DNA of 64,000 bases from an uncultured Candidatus Saccharibacteria bacterium (GTDB lineage: Bacteria > Patescibacteriota > Minisyncoccia > Phycocordibacterales > UBA5272): NCBI GenBank assembly GCA_964510805.1, contig CAZEDG010000002.1, positions 7,653 through 71,652 of the forward strand, read 5' to 3'. The translations under genes and the position numbers were made by a program. How positions within the stretch are numbered: position 1 is the first letter of the stretch; each line of letters opens with the position of its first letter. The notes under the pieces were generated by a model. It saw only the letters and a list, made by a program, of their open reading frames with translations, was not told the DNA's origin and searched no databases. Positions 10,001 through 18,960 of this stretch are shown here, one piece after another.

Positions 10001-10910
10001 AACCAACTCACCTGTTGGTACAACAGAACTTATTCGCGACGGGCAGGTTGGAGCTCCTATTCCTGACGCTGTTGGTAATAACGTCTCTGATCAACTGATC
10101 CATGTTCCATACGAATCAGATGGTACAGTAGTCTACCAAATCTATAACAACAGTACGTCTCTTGCTTCGAAGTCAATCAATGTAAGTTGTGAGGCCGGAG
10201 CAAACAAATATGATACAGTATCAGGAACATGTGCTGACCCACAAGTGAACGGACTCATTGTAAGAGGTAACTACTATGATGACCCTGGTCATATCGAGTT
10301 CAAGTGTGGAGGATCAGATTCATACGAAGTAAGAATGGATCCAACTGGAGCAAACACTCTTGTACCTGGAGGAAGCGGAGTAAGTACTGGCGATAATCAA
10401 CTTCACAGTGTTTCGGTAAGCACAACACAGGATTATAAAATCATTTGTAAAAAAGGAAGTGTCGAAAAAACAATGACTACATCCTACACAAACCCAGCAG
10501 ACCGCCCACAGGTCGCACTCTCCTTCACCGCCGTGCCTAAGACTATTGAAGTTGGTGGCAAGGTAGTACTCAACTGGGATATCACCTATCCTGCACCTGC
10601 GTGTGTAATGACTGCACAAGTAGTATGTCCTAATGGTACCTGTAACCAGACACTGACAAGTTACCAGGCAGAGCTTAATGCAATGATTCAGTCAGGAAGA
10701 GTTGACCAAGTAGCAGGAAGTCAAACAACTCCAAGAACTATCGCGTCTTCTATCAGTACCGTAACCCCTGGTCACGAAACCACTGATCAGAAAGCAATCG
10801 GCAAGAAGACACTCAGTTCTGTACAAGGAACCACCGACTTCACGATTGACTGTGGAGGGAACAAGAAAGCATCTACTCGTGTCCGTGTTACAAGTAGCAA
10901 GGAGAACTAA
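7011..10910 (+). CDS. Large secreted Cys-rich repeat surface protein (GCC2/GCC3-like CxxGxYC repeats, CARDB-like domain)
   Basis: Signal peptide; many C-x-x-G-x-Y/W-C repeats; PDLTI...TIENRGT...VNEGTGENNN CARDB-like segment. Confidence 0.8.
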   Translation: MMNFINKVFLGSMFVIALLLLSSHIEIVYAGNTKTATYGDPLQLNYNTSGVNSCNNIDVPGGGGYALNGSVSANSSGNFDPGNASVGGIFTLTCIATNGSGPASDSATLTVNPLSCSPGQYTTGSSCVNCGQGYYCPGGTTARQNCEPGYYCPGTTESDHTPCLGGWSSGWNSTVCNPPSCYAGEYWGGSSCLTCTAGNYCPGDQTSHPCADGYTSSGGASSCSPRCTPGNYWTGGSGGSCATCPQGKTCDGTTTQTPCPAGKICDLGTAPGGGTLCTVGNYCPSGTTPGGGVQPPQACGGGMTSNPGATNSSQCFLPSCSPGQYLNASSCEQCTAGYWCDGSGSRTPCSAGTYCPAGTEPSGVNGPKTCPQNSYCPAQSGSPTSCETVGAGYVTNSGGATNAGQCHAPSCTSGDYWNGSSCTTCTAGYYCDGTSGGRTPCPEKFYCGPGTTEPTNPSNPPRTCTAGYMCDAGTTDSGAGSPTPCTQDHFCTGGNSGPSGSNPPTACSTIGTDFVTTGTGATASTDCHLPYCPSGNYWNTGTHACATCPEGKICDGTSAPQPCTAGYYCPAGTKPSGVDGPRNCPVGSWCDGNDGSGGGNTSNNGGYPPQPCLGGLTSPENSISSGACRPPTCPSGEYWNSTASSCKPCTSGNYCGGDGTQTPCPPGFVCGPTTTQPGGTNPPHSCPAGSSCPGGNTDPADTDTNTNPPIVCTANHYCPTGPIITDPGTDNPLPCPEGKWSTVGSSQLSDCQSSNPSGPDLTIDTIYPTTVTSGVMTTFYTTIENRGTTNTGASFYNLVYFADQTDGNGTISTTTPYNGLYPAYYTGKMGILGVSEATTTSARHAFTAPGSVKFCTDKQNQNDATGLVNEGTGENNNCTGWINIAISGVSSCSPGMYNNGSCVACPPGNFCSGGTTPSPCPSNTYCDGAGPGGIGNTPPGGIYPPVSCSGGFVSPQGSGSSGSCVSGGSPSGTLTSSSNSCTIATEDSTCDVTMSWSTNSPVGTTELIRDGQVGAPIPDAVGNNVSDQLIHVPYESDGTVVYQIYNNSTSLASKSINVSCEAGANKYDTVSGTCADPQVNGLIVRGNYYDDPGHIEFKCGGSDSYEVRMDPTGANTLVPGGSGVSTGDNQLHSVSVSTTQDYKIICKKGSVEKTMTTSYTNPADRPQVALSFTAVPKTIEVGGKVVLNWDITYPAPACVMTAQVVCPNGTCNQTLTSYQAELNAMIQSGRVDQVAGSQTTPRTIASSISTVTPGHETTDQKAIGKKTLSSVQGTTDFTIDCGGNKKASTRVRVTSSKEN

Positions 10911-11270
10911 GGCTAGTAATTCGTTATTAGTTATTCGTAATTAGTAAATACTAATATAACAAAAGAGCGAGGCCTTCGGCCTCGCTCTTGTGTTATATTC
11001 TGCATTTTATCTTCATTCTTCATGCTTCATTCCTCTTTCTCTACCATTAACCATTAACTATAAACTATTAACCTTGTATTTTGCTCTTCATTCTTCATGC
11101 TTCATTCCTCTTTCTCTACCATTTACCATTCACTATAAACTCTTAACTTATCCGTATTTTCTAATCTCTAAAGTCTAACGTCTAATATCTAGTGTCTAGT
11201 GTCTAACCTCTAATATCTAAAGTCTAATATCTAGTCTTCCTCCCCTCTTCATTCTTCACTCTTCTCTCGT
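10911..11270. repeat. Composite intergenic repeat (core 10965-10987) with a duplicated arm block
   Basis: Core with TTC loop; (TCTTCAT)n, (CCATTAA)n and (TCTAANN)n blocks; block 11010-11075 repeated at 11085-11150. Confidence 0.85.
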
Positions 11271-11293
11271 ATCTTCTATGGTATACTTTTCTC

Positions 11294-11665
11294 ATGTTCA
11301 ACATCTGGCCATACTTACTTCGTCTTGCGGTAGCACTGTACTTCATCTACCCTCACGCGCTTGCCCTTTCTGAGGGTGTTAAGAAGGCCCGCATGGCTCT
11401 TTTCGAATGTCTCTATCAATCAATCAAGATCTCCGAAACTGTCACCTTCACCCTATGGCATGCATTCTTCATCTTTCTTGGTGTGCTTGTACTCATCTGG
11501 CCACGACCGATACTCCCTCTCCTTGTAGTACTTATTGTCCTTGCTTCCACACTCTACATTAACTTCTCTACTGGTAACTTCACAAGCGCAAACATGCTCA
11601 TCTTTGTCCTTATCTTAGTCACCCTCGCACTCATGATCTACAATGCACGACCACAGTTCAGATAG
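11294..11665 (+). CDS. Hypothetical membrane protein (about 4 TM)
   Basis: Hydrophobic ORF directly after TATACT. Confidence 0.7.
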   Translation: MFNIWPYLLRLAVALYFIYPHALALSEGVKKARMALFECLYQSIKISETVTFTLWHAFFIFLGVLVLIWPRPILPLLVVLIVLASTLYINFSTGNFTSANMLIFVLILVTLALMIYNARPQFR

Positions 11666-11782
11666 CGATGAATATTTCTGTTTCCAAAAAAAAATTTGAC
11701 ACAAAATTAAATATATTGTAGTCTCTATTTAGGCCGTACACCTTTGATGAACCTGAACTCAAACTCGTAAGGAGGAAGAGCT

Positions 11783-12061
11783 ATGCCTAAAAAGGCAGAT
11801 ATGTCCTTCTGGAAAACCTCTAACAATCTAGTTAGATTCCTGCAAGGAGATGCAGAAGCGTCTTTAGACAGCTATCAAAAAGCACTTGAACAAAAGATGG
11901 AAAGTCATCGTCTTGCAAGTGAACACGAACTTGCAGAAAACCTTGCAAAACTTCTCAGTGAAGTCATAGCACTGCGTCAAATGCAGTTGCACTTATCAAT
12001 GACTCTTGTTGCCAAAGGAATGGAACCTTACACAGAAGATGTGACGACAGGGCTCCATTAA
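11783..12061 (+). CDS. Hypothetical protein
   Basis: AGGAGG RBS, upstream TTGACA, downstream hairpin terminator. Confidence 0.65.
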   Translation: MPKKADMSFWKTSNNLVRFLQGDAEASLDSYQKALEQKMESHRLASEHELAENLAKLLSEVIALRQMQLHLSMTLVAKGMEPYTEDVTTGLH

Positions 12062-12145
12062 CCATGCCAAGAGCAAGAAAACAACCCCTCCATAAAGAAG
12101 AGGGGTGTTTTGTTTTTTAAGAAAAGTATTATACTTAATAGTATT

Positions 12146-12514
12146 ATGTCAATCGAACACACACCCACAAACACAAATGAAAAGGCTATTGAGCCTGTAC
12201 TCTCAAATAAAGTAGAAGCACAGAAACTGCTTCTAGAAATAGAAGAATTAAGAAGTCGTATCACATCATTAGAAGCGCAAACAGCATCTGCGACAATGGA
12301 ACTAGACAATGCGTTAGCTTCTAAGGATCGATCAAAAGTAGGGGCCCTTCAAAAAATTATTGCTCTAAATAATACTGAAAGAGGAAAGCTAAACCTTGAA
12401 CTTATTAAAAAAGAAGGAGAGTTACGAGAGAACACTGAAGCGCTTGATAGAAAATATGCAGTGAAGGAAAACGATATCTGGGCAGGGAGAGACACTGAGC
12501 GTAGAAGTAACTAA
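12146..12514 (+). CDS. Hypothetical coiled-coil protein
   Basis: ATG 12146 after TATACT; E/K/L heptad-rich. Confidence 0.6.
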   Translation: MSIEHTPTNTNEKAIEPVLSNKVEAQKLLLEIEELRSRITSLEAQTASATMELDNALASKDRSKVGALQKIIALNNTERGKLNLELIKKEGELRENTEALDRKYAVKENDIWAGRDTERRSN

Positions 12515-12528
12515 GAAAAGTAGCATTT

Positions 12529-15189
12529 GTGCAACTTAACTCAGAAGTAGCTTTACTTTCAAGACTAACCAAAGATCATGCATCTGGTCTTGCTCGTCTT
12601 TCGATTACCACAATCAAGGATTTGCTTTTTCACTTTCCTGTTCGTTATGCTGACATGCGAGAGATTGGAAGTACAAAGACACTTGCAAAAGGAGAAGCGG
12701 TTACACTCTTTGGCATACTCGAGAAGGTCACCGTCAAGCGAAGCTTCCGTGGCCATATTCCCATGACCGAAGCCAGGCTTCGTGATGCATCAGGAACACT
12801 TCGTCTTGTATGGTTCAACCAAGCCTACATTGGCAAGATGTACACCGATGATACAAAAGTAAAGATTCAAGGCATTATCCAAGAAGACTCGCGAGGATTC
12901 TTCTTGACCAACCCTAGCATAGAAAAGATACAAGCAATCCCAGAGCCAACTGAGAGTCTCTTTACAATAGATATAAGCGAAGACGGAAAATCAAAAGAAC
13001 AAGAACCTCTCTTCCTCACCCCTGTCTATCCAGAAACAAAAGGAGTTTCTTCGCTCTACCTCTACACACTTATCAAAAAAATTTTTACAAGTAATCTCAT
13101 AGACACACTAGAGGATCCAATACCAGAGGATATTCTCAAGAAGCTTCATCTTCCATCACTCAAAGATGCTCTCACGTATATACATTTTCCTAAAGAGCAC
13201 ACTCATACAGTTATAGCGAGAAAGCGATTTGCCTTCGAGGAGATCTTCTACCTTCAGATAAAACAAAACAAAGAAAAACAGGAAGCAAAGAACTCTCTTG
13301 CGTATCCAATCACTGTACAAAAAAAAGAGCTGAAGGAATTCATGGAGAGGTTTCCTTTTACACCAACACAGGGGCAATATAACGCAATTGACTCCATACT
13401 CTCTGATCTCAAGAAGACCGAGCCAATGGGAAGACTTCTTGAAGGAGATGTTGGAAGTGGCAAGACATTCGTCGCTGCGACTGTTGCATATATGACACTC
13501 CTTCATGCAAATGAAAGCTCTGGTAAGAGACTTCAGGTTGCTTACATGGCACCAACTGAGATACTCGCCAAGCAACACTTCGAGAGCTTCATAACCTATC
13601 TCCAGGGTACCGGTATCGAGATCGGACTTCTCACAGGATCCGGGTGCAAAAAATACCCAAGCAAAGGAGGAGATGAAGTAACCAATATATCAAAAGCACA
13701 GCTTCGCACATGGCTTCATGATGGCCGTGTCTCTATCGTCATAGGTACTCATGCGCTTATCCAAAAGACAATTACCTTCGACTCTCTCGCGCTCATCATT
13801 ATCGATGAACAGCATCGCTTCGGTGTTAAGCAACGTAAACTCTTAGCGCAGAAAGGACGCAGAAATAACGCAGAACAAGCGGAACAAGTAGAAGAATATA
13901 ACCATACTCTTCTTGATGAAAAAAAATCCAATCTTCTCTATGAGACTACAACATATACATTACGCGAAGCATTGTTTACAATAAAAAAAGAACTAGGCGG
14001 TGGCCACAAAGAGATAATCTACGAAAGAGCACTTGAAGAAGAACTAACACGAAAAGGAATACGTTTTTCTCGTCAAGTATCTCTACCTGTCCTATATCGT
14101 GATAAGCAAATTGGAACCTATAGACCTGACTTTATCATTGAAGATAGTATAATTCTTGAATTAAAAGCATTATCTTTTATTGGAGCAGAAGCAAAAAAAC
14201 AACTTTGGACTTATCTAAAAAATACAAAATATTCACTTGGTATTTTAGTGAACTTTTCTCCTACAGAATTACAAATTCAAAGAGTTGTGTACGACACAGC
14301 AAGAACTTCTTCCGCGTCAGTTCCGCCCAGTTCTGCGGTGTCTGCATATAAAATCCCTCACCTTCTCTCAATGACCGCAACACCTATTCCACGCACACTT
14401 GCGCTCACCATGTTCGGGGATCTTGATCTTACTGTGCTTGATGAAGTGCCAAAGGAACGCAAGCGTATCATAACCGAAATTGTACGATCATCTAAACGAA
14501 AAGAAATCTACGAAAAAGTGCGCGAAGAGTTACGAAGTGGTCGCCAAGTGTATGTTATTTGTCCACGTATCGAAGAGGATGACGAAGCGCTTGCAGATAA
14601 GCAAATGCTACGAAGTGTAAAAGAAGAAGCAAAGCGATTAAGTGATACTGTCTTCCCAGAATATGTGATCGATATCCTTCACAGCAAAATGAAGAAAGAA
14701 GAAAAAGAAGAAGTGATGCAAGATTTTCTTGATAAAAAATCAGATATCTTAGTTGCAACCTCAGTGGTTGAAGTTGGAGTGAATGTGCCGAATGCTTCTG
14801 TGATTATTATCGAGCACGCTGACCGCTTCGGCCTTGCACAGCTTCATCAGTTACGTGGTCGCGTCGGAAGAGCAGAACATCAATCATACTGTTACCTCTT
14901 CACCGAAGGAGTAAGTGAAGTTACGTATAACAGACTTATCTCTTTAGTAAAAGCAAAGAACGGCTTCGAGTTAGCTGAGATGGACATGCTTGCACGCGGT
15001 ATCGGCACCTTAAATGATGGCAAGCAATGGGGGCTAAGTGACTTAGCAATGGAAGCAATCAAGAATCCTAAGCTTGTTGAGATTGCACAACAAGAAGCAA
15101 AGTTACTCATAGAAAAAGATACAAGTCTTAACAATCACCCTCACCTTCGCGACCACATCAAGACACACAGTGATGTGCATATGGAGTAG
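12529..15189 (+). CDS. recG: ATP-dependent DNA helicase RecG with an in-frame GxxExxY insertion
   Basis: LLEGDVGSGKT, MAPTEILA, DEQHRFG, MTATPIPRTL, QLHQLRGRVGR. Confidence 0.95.
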   Translation: MQLNSEVALLSRLTKDHASGLARLSITTIKDLLFHFPVRYADMREIGSTKTLAKGEAVTLFGILEKVTVKRSFRGHIPMTEARLRDASGTLRLVWFNQAYIGKMYTDDTKVKIQGIIQEDSRGFFLTNPSIEKIQAIPEPTESLFTIDISEDGKSKEQEPLFLTPVYPETKGVSSLYLYTLIKKIFTSNLIDTLEDPIPEDILKKLHLPSLKDALTYIHFPKEHTHTVIARKRFAFEEIFYLQIKQNKEKQEAKNSLAYPITVQKKELKEFMERFPFTPTQGQYNAIDSILSDLKKTEPMGRLLEGDVGSGKTFVAATVAYMTLLHANESSGKRLQVAYMAPTEILAKQHFESFITYLQGTGIEIGLLTGSGCKKYPSKGGDEVTNISKAQLRTWLHDGRVSIVIGTHALIQKTITFDSLALIIIDEQHRFGVKQRKLLAQKGRRNNAEQAEQVEEYNHTLLDEKKSNLLYETTTYTLREALFTIKKELGGGHKEIIYERALEEELTRKGIRFSRQVSLPVLYRDKQIGTYRPDFIIEDSIILELKALSFIGAEAKKQLWTYLKNTKYSLGILVNFSPTELQIQRVVYDTARTSSASVPPSSAVSAYKIPHLLSMTATPIPRTLALTMFGDLDLTVLDEVPKERKRIITEIVRSSKRKEIYEKVREELRSGRQVYVICPRIEEDDEALADKQMLRSVKEEAKRLSDTVFPEYVIDILHSKMKKEEKEEVMQDFLDKKSDILVATSVVEVGVNVPNASVIIIEHADRFGLAQLHQLRGRVGRAEHQSYCYLFTEGVSEVTYNRLISLVKAKNGFELAEMDMLARGIGTLNDGKQWGLSDLAMEAIKNPKLVEIAQQEAKLLIEKDTSLNNHPHLRDHIKTHSDVHME
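13846..14346 (+). mobile_element. GxxExxY (PD-(D/E)xK-like) domain cassette inside recG, flanked by inverted CGCAGAA/TTCYGCG repeats
   Basis: LLYE...LGGGHKEIIYERAL...RPDFIIEDSIILELKA...QLWTYLK...GILVNF; repeats at 13846-13893 and 14308-14346. Confidence 0.8.
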
Positions 15190-15194
15190 CTGGA

Positions 15195-15402
15195 AACTAG
15201 ATGTTAGATATTAGACTTTAGAGATTAGAAAACACGGATAAGTTAATGGTTAATAGTTAATGGTTAATAGTAAATACAAATACACAAAGAGCGAGGCCTT
15301 CGGCCTCGCTCTTGTATTTGTATTTTTATCTAGAGCCTAAAGTCTAATATCTAACATCTAGTTTAACTTCACTCCTCATTCTCTACAATTAACCATTAAC
15401 TA
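15195..15402. repeat. Composite intergenic repeat (core 15289-15311)
   Basis: Same core and heptamer arms as the other copies. Confidence 0.85.
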
Positions 15403-15425
15403 CTTTGTCGTACCTTATCCTCAAA

Positions 15426-15469
15426 GTGCATCCACCTGGACCAGGAACCTGCGGACCAGTCTTGTATAC
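15426..15469 (-). pseudogene. Degenerate tRNA-Ile 3' half (outermost layer)
   Basis: GTGCATCCACCTGGA...GGACCAGTCTTGTATA resembles 15590-15630. Confidence 0.7.
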
Positions 15470-15506
15470 TAAGACGTATTTTTTATGCACTCCTGTCTTA
15501 TAAACA

Positions 15507-15730
15507 TGGTGCGCCCACCTGGACTCGAACCAGGGACCAGTCGTGTATACTAAGTCGTATTTTGATTTCATTCGTACCTTATCCTCAAAGTGCATCCACC
15601 TGGACTCGAACCAGGGACCAGTCGTGTATAAGACGACGGCTCTACCAACTGAGCTATGGATGCACTTTGTTGACAATGTACTCATTTATCAAAATAAGAC
15701 GACGGCTCTACCAACAAAGCTTAGGCGCAC
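15507..15730 (-). pseudogene. Split tRNA-Ile(UAU): 5' half about 15694-15729, 3' half with CCA 15507-15549, interrupted at the anticodon
   Basis: Own acceptor stem GCGCCTA/TGGGCGC-A-CCA; anticodon and T arms match the inner tRNA; D arm altered. Confidence 0.75.
15591..15663 (-). tRNA. tRNA-Ile (anticodon UAU)
   Basis: GCATCCATAGCTCAGTTGGTAGAGCC-GTCGT-CTTATAC-ACGAC-TGGTCCCTGGTTCGAGTCCAGGTGGATGCA; full cloverleaf, A73. Confidence 0.92.
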
Positions 15731-15987
15731 TATGTTTATAATCCCCTCGTTTTCAAAAATAAGACGACGGCTCTATCTGCAAAACTTAAATCCAACAAAA
15801 CCTTACAATCCTCACTCACAGAAAAGTAGTATATCAAAAAACAGCGTCTTTTTCTACATGAGCGACTAAACCAAATACCAACTTAAAAAATGCAGTTCTT
15901 CAGAGTCTATTGCAAAACTCTACAAAACCTTTATCATAGAAAGAGTCACCTCATACGAAGGTGATACAACACACTCAGGAGCAAGCA

Positions 15988-16212
15988 ATGGCAAAGAACT
16001 TGACCGCAGGAGATTCCTGCGATCGATTCCCTGGAGATATGCGCCAACTCATTCGAGAACAGGTGCGCTCACGGAACACCGAAGGAGTGCACGGCGGAAG
16101 CCATCTCTCGGACCATCGAGCCGTCGGCGCATCAACAAGTCCTGAAGACCGTGAGGCACTCAACCGCTTCATGGACCTCTCTTCAGGAAACAACCCTTGC
16201 TCACTGATGTGA
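15988..16212 (+). CDS. Small hypothetical protein
   Basis: AGGAG RBS; terminator-like hairpin at 16221-16243. Confidence 0.5.
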   Translation: MAKNLTAGDSCDRFPGDMRQLIREQVRSRNTEGVHGGSHLSDHRAVGASTSPEDREALNRFMDLSSGNNPCSLM

Positions 16213-16249
16213 GCAACACCCCGCCCCACAAGGGCGGTTCTTTATATGA

Positions 16250-16432
16250 CAGTTGCTAGTAAATAGTTACTAGTTAATAGTAAAAGAACACAAGAGCGAG
16301 GCCGAAGGCCTCGCTCTCTGTATTGATGCCCACCATTAACCATTAACTATAAACTATTAACCTGTATTTTGCTCTTCACTCTTTACACCTCATTCTTCAC
16401 TCTCTTCCTAACGTCTAATATCTAGTGTCTAC
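16250..16432. repeat. Composite intergenic repeat (core 16294-16316)
   Basis: Same core and heptamer arms. Confidence 0.85.
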
Positions 16433-16434
16433 CC

Positions 16435-18339
16435 CTACACCAACTCTTCTTTTTTCTTTGGAACGATACCATGAACCAAGAGAAGCTTTTCAAATTCTTC
16501 TCGTTCGATATTCTCAACTCTCATAAGCTCTTCAGCGATTGCAGTGAGCGCTTGTCGCTTTTCGATAATAATAAGTCTCGCTCTATTCCAAGCATCATCC
16601 ATAATACGCTTCACCTCATCATCTATCTTTTGTGCATACAACTCACTATGCTCCTTACCAACAAAGAAGCGTGAACCTTCCTGATCTGCAACAAAAGCAA
16701 CCGGACCAAGAGTACTCATTCCATATCTCGTCACCATTTGACGAGCCATTGCCGTAGCAACCTCAAGATCATTAGATGGGCCAGTAGTAAGATCTCCAAA
16801 TATTTCTTTTTCTGCAACATACCCACCGAGTGACATCGCAATATCATCTAAGAATGCAGACTTACTCATAAGTCTTCTTTCATCAAGTGGAAGCTTAAGT
16901 GTGTACCCACCAGCATGACCTCTTGCGATAATAGAAATCTTGTGTACCGGATCAGCGTCAGGAAGACATGATGCGACAAGCGCATGACCTGCTTCATGGT
17001 ACGCGGTGATTTTCTTTTCTTTATCGGAAAGCACGTGACTCTTACGCTCAGGTCCGAGCATTACCTTTTCGATAGATCGAATAAGGTCATACTGCGCAAC
17101 GCTTTTACGTCCTTCTCTCGCTGCGAGTATTGCACTTTCATTCATAAGAGAATAAAGATCGGCACCAGAGAATCCAGGAGTTCTTTCTGCAACAACACGA
17201 AGATTCACATCCTCAGCAAGAGGTTTGGACTTCACGTGTACAGCAAGTATCGCTTCACGGTCTGCTCTATCAGGAAGATCAAGTGTCACGCGACGATCGA
17301 ATCTTCCCGGTCGAAGAAGTGCCTTATCGAGTACATCTGGGCGATTTGTTGCAGCCATAACAATGAGATTCATTGTTGGCTCGAATCCATCCATCTCCAC
17401 AAGAATTTGATTAAGTGTCTGCTCACGTCCTTCACCTTGACCACTAATTGATGTCGCGCGAGTTCTTCCAACTGCATCAATCTCATCAATGAAGATAATT
17501 GCAGGCGCAGCTTTCTTGGCCATATCGAAAAGATCTCGCACACGAGATGCTCCAACTCCCACAAACATCTCTTCGAACTCACTTCCAGAAAGATGAAAGA
17601 ATGGCACTCCCGCTTCTCCCGCAACAGCTCGTGCGAGCATTGTCTTGCCTGTACCTGGTGCACCCATAAGAAGTACACCTTTTGGAATCTCTGCTCCAAT
17701 GTCTGTAAACTTCTTCGGTGCCCGCAAAAATTCTACAATCTCTTCGAGTTCTTCTTTTGCTTCCTTCGCACCAGCAACATCTTTGAAGGTGACACGCTCT
17801 TTTGCATCATCTGGATAAATAATTTTTGCTCGTGACTGACCAAATGATAGTGCTTGCATGTTAGCGCCTTTGATTCCCCTTCCAAGCCACCAAATCATTA
17901 ATCCTAAGAATATAATAGGAAGCACAATAGGGAGAAGCGCTCCCCAAAATGACATCCCGTGATCATTTTTTATTGATACCGTAGTTGAAGCAAGTGTTGT
18001 TGTACTTACCCCATATGCAGAAAGTGTAGAGAATACAGATGCACCTGCCTCCTTCTTCGTAACCACCTTTGTTTTGTCTCCTTTCTCCCCTGTAAGCTTA
18101 TCACCTTCAACTTGTACAGAAACAAGTGACCCGTCCTTTACCATTGTTGCAAATGACGAAAGAGGAACTTCTTCTACCTTTCCTTCTTCAAACAAAATAG
18201 AATATCCCCATGTAAGACACATAAAGATAATAAGCGCCCCGACAAGTTGTTGAGAAATACTTGCAGGCTTCTCTCTTTTCTTTCCTTTTTCTTTTGACTT
18301 TTCTTGTATGTTTAATTTTGGTAATTTCATCTTTTTCAT
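16435..18339 (-). CDS. ftsH: ATP-dependent zinc metalloprotease FtsH
   Basis: 2 TM helices, [33 protein letters not shown]. Confidence 0.97.
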   Translation of the reverse strand: MKKMKLPKLNIQEKSKEKGKKREKPASISQQLVGALIIFMCLTWGYSILFEEGKVEEVPLSSFATMVKDGSLVSVQVEGDKLTGEKGDKTKVVTKKEAGASVFSTLSAYGVSTTTLASTTVSIKNDHGMSFWGALLPIVLPIIFLGLMIWWLGRGIKGANMQALSFGQSRAKIIYPDDAKERVTFKDVAGAKEAKEELEEIVEFLRAPKKFTDIGAEIPKGVLLMGAPGTGKTMLARAVAGEAGVPFFHLSGSEFEEMFVGVGASRVRDLFDMAKKAAPAIIFIDEIDAVGRTRATSISGQGEGREQTLNQILVEMDGFEPTMNLIVMAATNRPDVLDKALLRPGRFDRRVTLDLPDRADREAILAVHVKSKPLAEDVNLRVVAERTPGFSGADLYSLMNESAILAAREGRKSVAQYDLIRSIEKVMLGPERKSHVLSDKEKKITAYHEAGHALVASCLPDADPVHKISIIARGHAGGYTLKLPLDERRLMSKSAFLDDIAMSLGGYVAEKEIFGDLTTGPSNDLEVATAMARQMVTRYGMSTLGPVAFVADQEGSRFFVGKEHSELYAQKIDDEVKRIMDDAWNRARLIIIEKRQALTAIAEELMRVENIEREEFEKLLLVHGIVPKKKEELV

Positions 18340-18430
18340 TTGTCTATTCTAACACATGATACAATGTTCTAAGCTATTAGTATGTACTATTACTTTTTGG
18401 CAATATTGTAAAGACTAATAGCTAAGCATT

Positions 18431-18865
18431 ATGCGTCTTATCGAGAACAAAAAACTTCATCTTACCTATGTGGTAACCGACTCACTTTCTTCTGGTGTTG
18501 AGCTTTTTGGTTTTGAGGTAAAATCGTTACGTAGTAAGCATGGATCTCTCGAAGGGGCAAAGGTAATCGTACGAGGCGGTGAGGCTTTTTTGGTTGGAGT
18601 GTATATTCCTCCTTATCAACCAGAGAACACACCGAAGTCCTATGACCCCTACCGTACAAGGAGGCTTCTTCTTACAAAAGAAGAACTTTTCCGACTTGCT
18701 TCTCAAGAACAATCGAAGGTATTGACAATAGTACCTAATTCGTTGTATCTTAAAAATAACCTTATCAAGTGCGACATCGCACTTTGTAAGAAAAAAAATG
18801 CTCACGACAAGCGTGAAGATATCAAAAAAGATATTTCTCGTCGTGAGCTACGTGAAAAAGACTAG
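18431..18865 (+). CDS. smpB: SsrA-binding protein
   Basis: ENKK...GVELFGFEVKSLR...RTRRLLL...DKREDIK; adjacent to tmRNA. Confidence 0.93.
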   Translation: MRLIENKKLHLTYVVTDSLSSGVELFGFEVKSLRSKHGSLEGAKVIVRGGEAFLVGVYIPPYQPENTPKSYDPYRTRRLLLTKEELFRLASQEQSKVLTIVPNSLYLKNNLIKCDIALCKKKNAHDKREDIKKDISRRELREKD

Positions 18866-18960
18866 AAATTCTTTACATCTGGTGTATGTTTTAGGGCTAA
18901 ACCATTCGCGGGCCCATGGCGAATGGTCGCCCGAACATTTTGGTTACAAAATGTTTTAGG

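Noticed and set aside
13846-14346. Intein in RecG
   Set aside because: No Cys/Ser-start and His-Asn-end splice motifs or LAGLIDADG blocks; the insert is a GxxExxY domain.
15408-15776. CRISPR array (repeats at about 82- and 66-bp spacing)
   Set aside because: The repeats are tRNA-Ile halves of two different kinds, and there are no cas genes in the window.
15389-15869. ORFs 15389-15685 and 15543-15869 with repeated peptides
   Set aside because: Artefacts of translating tRNA repeats.
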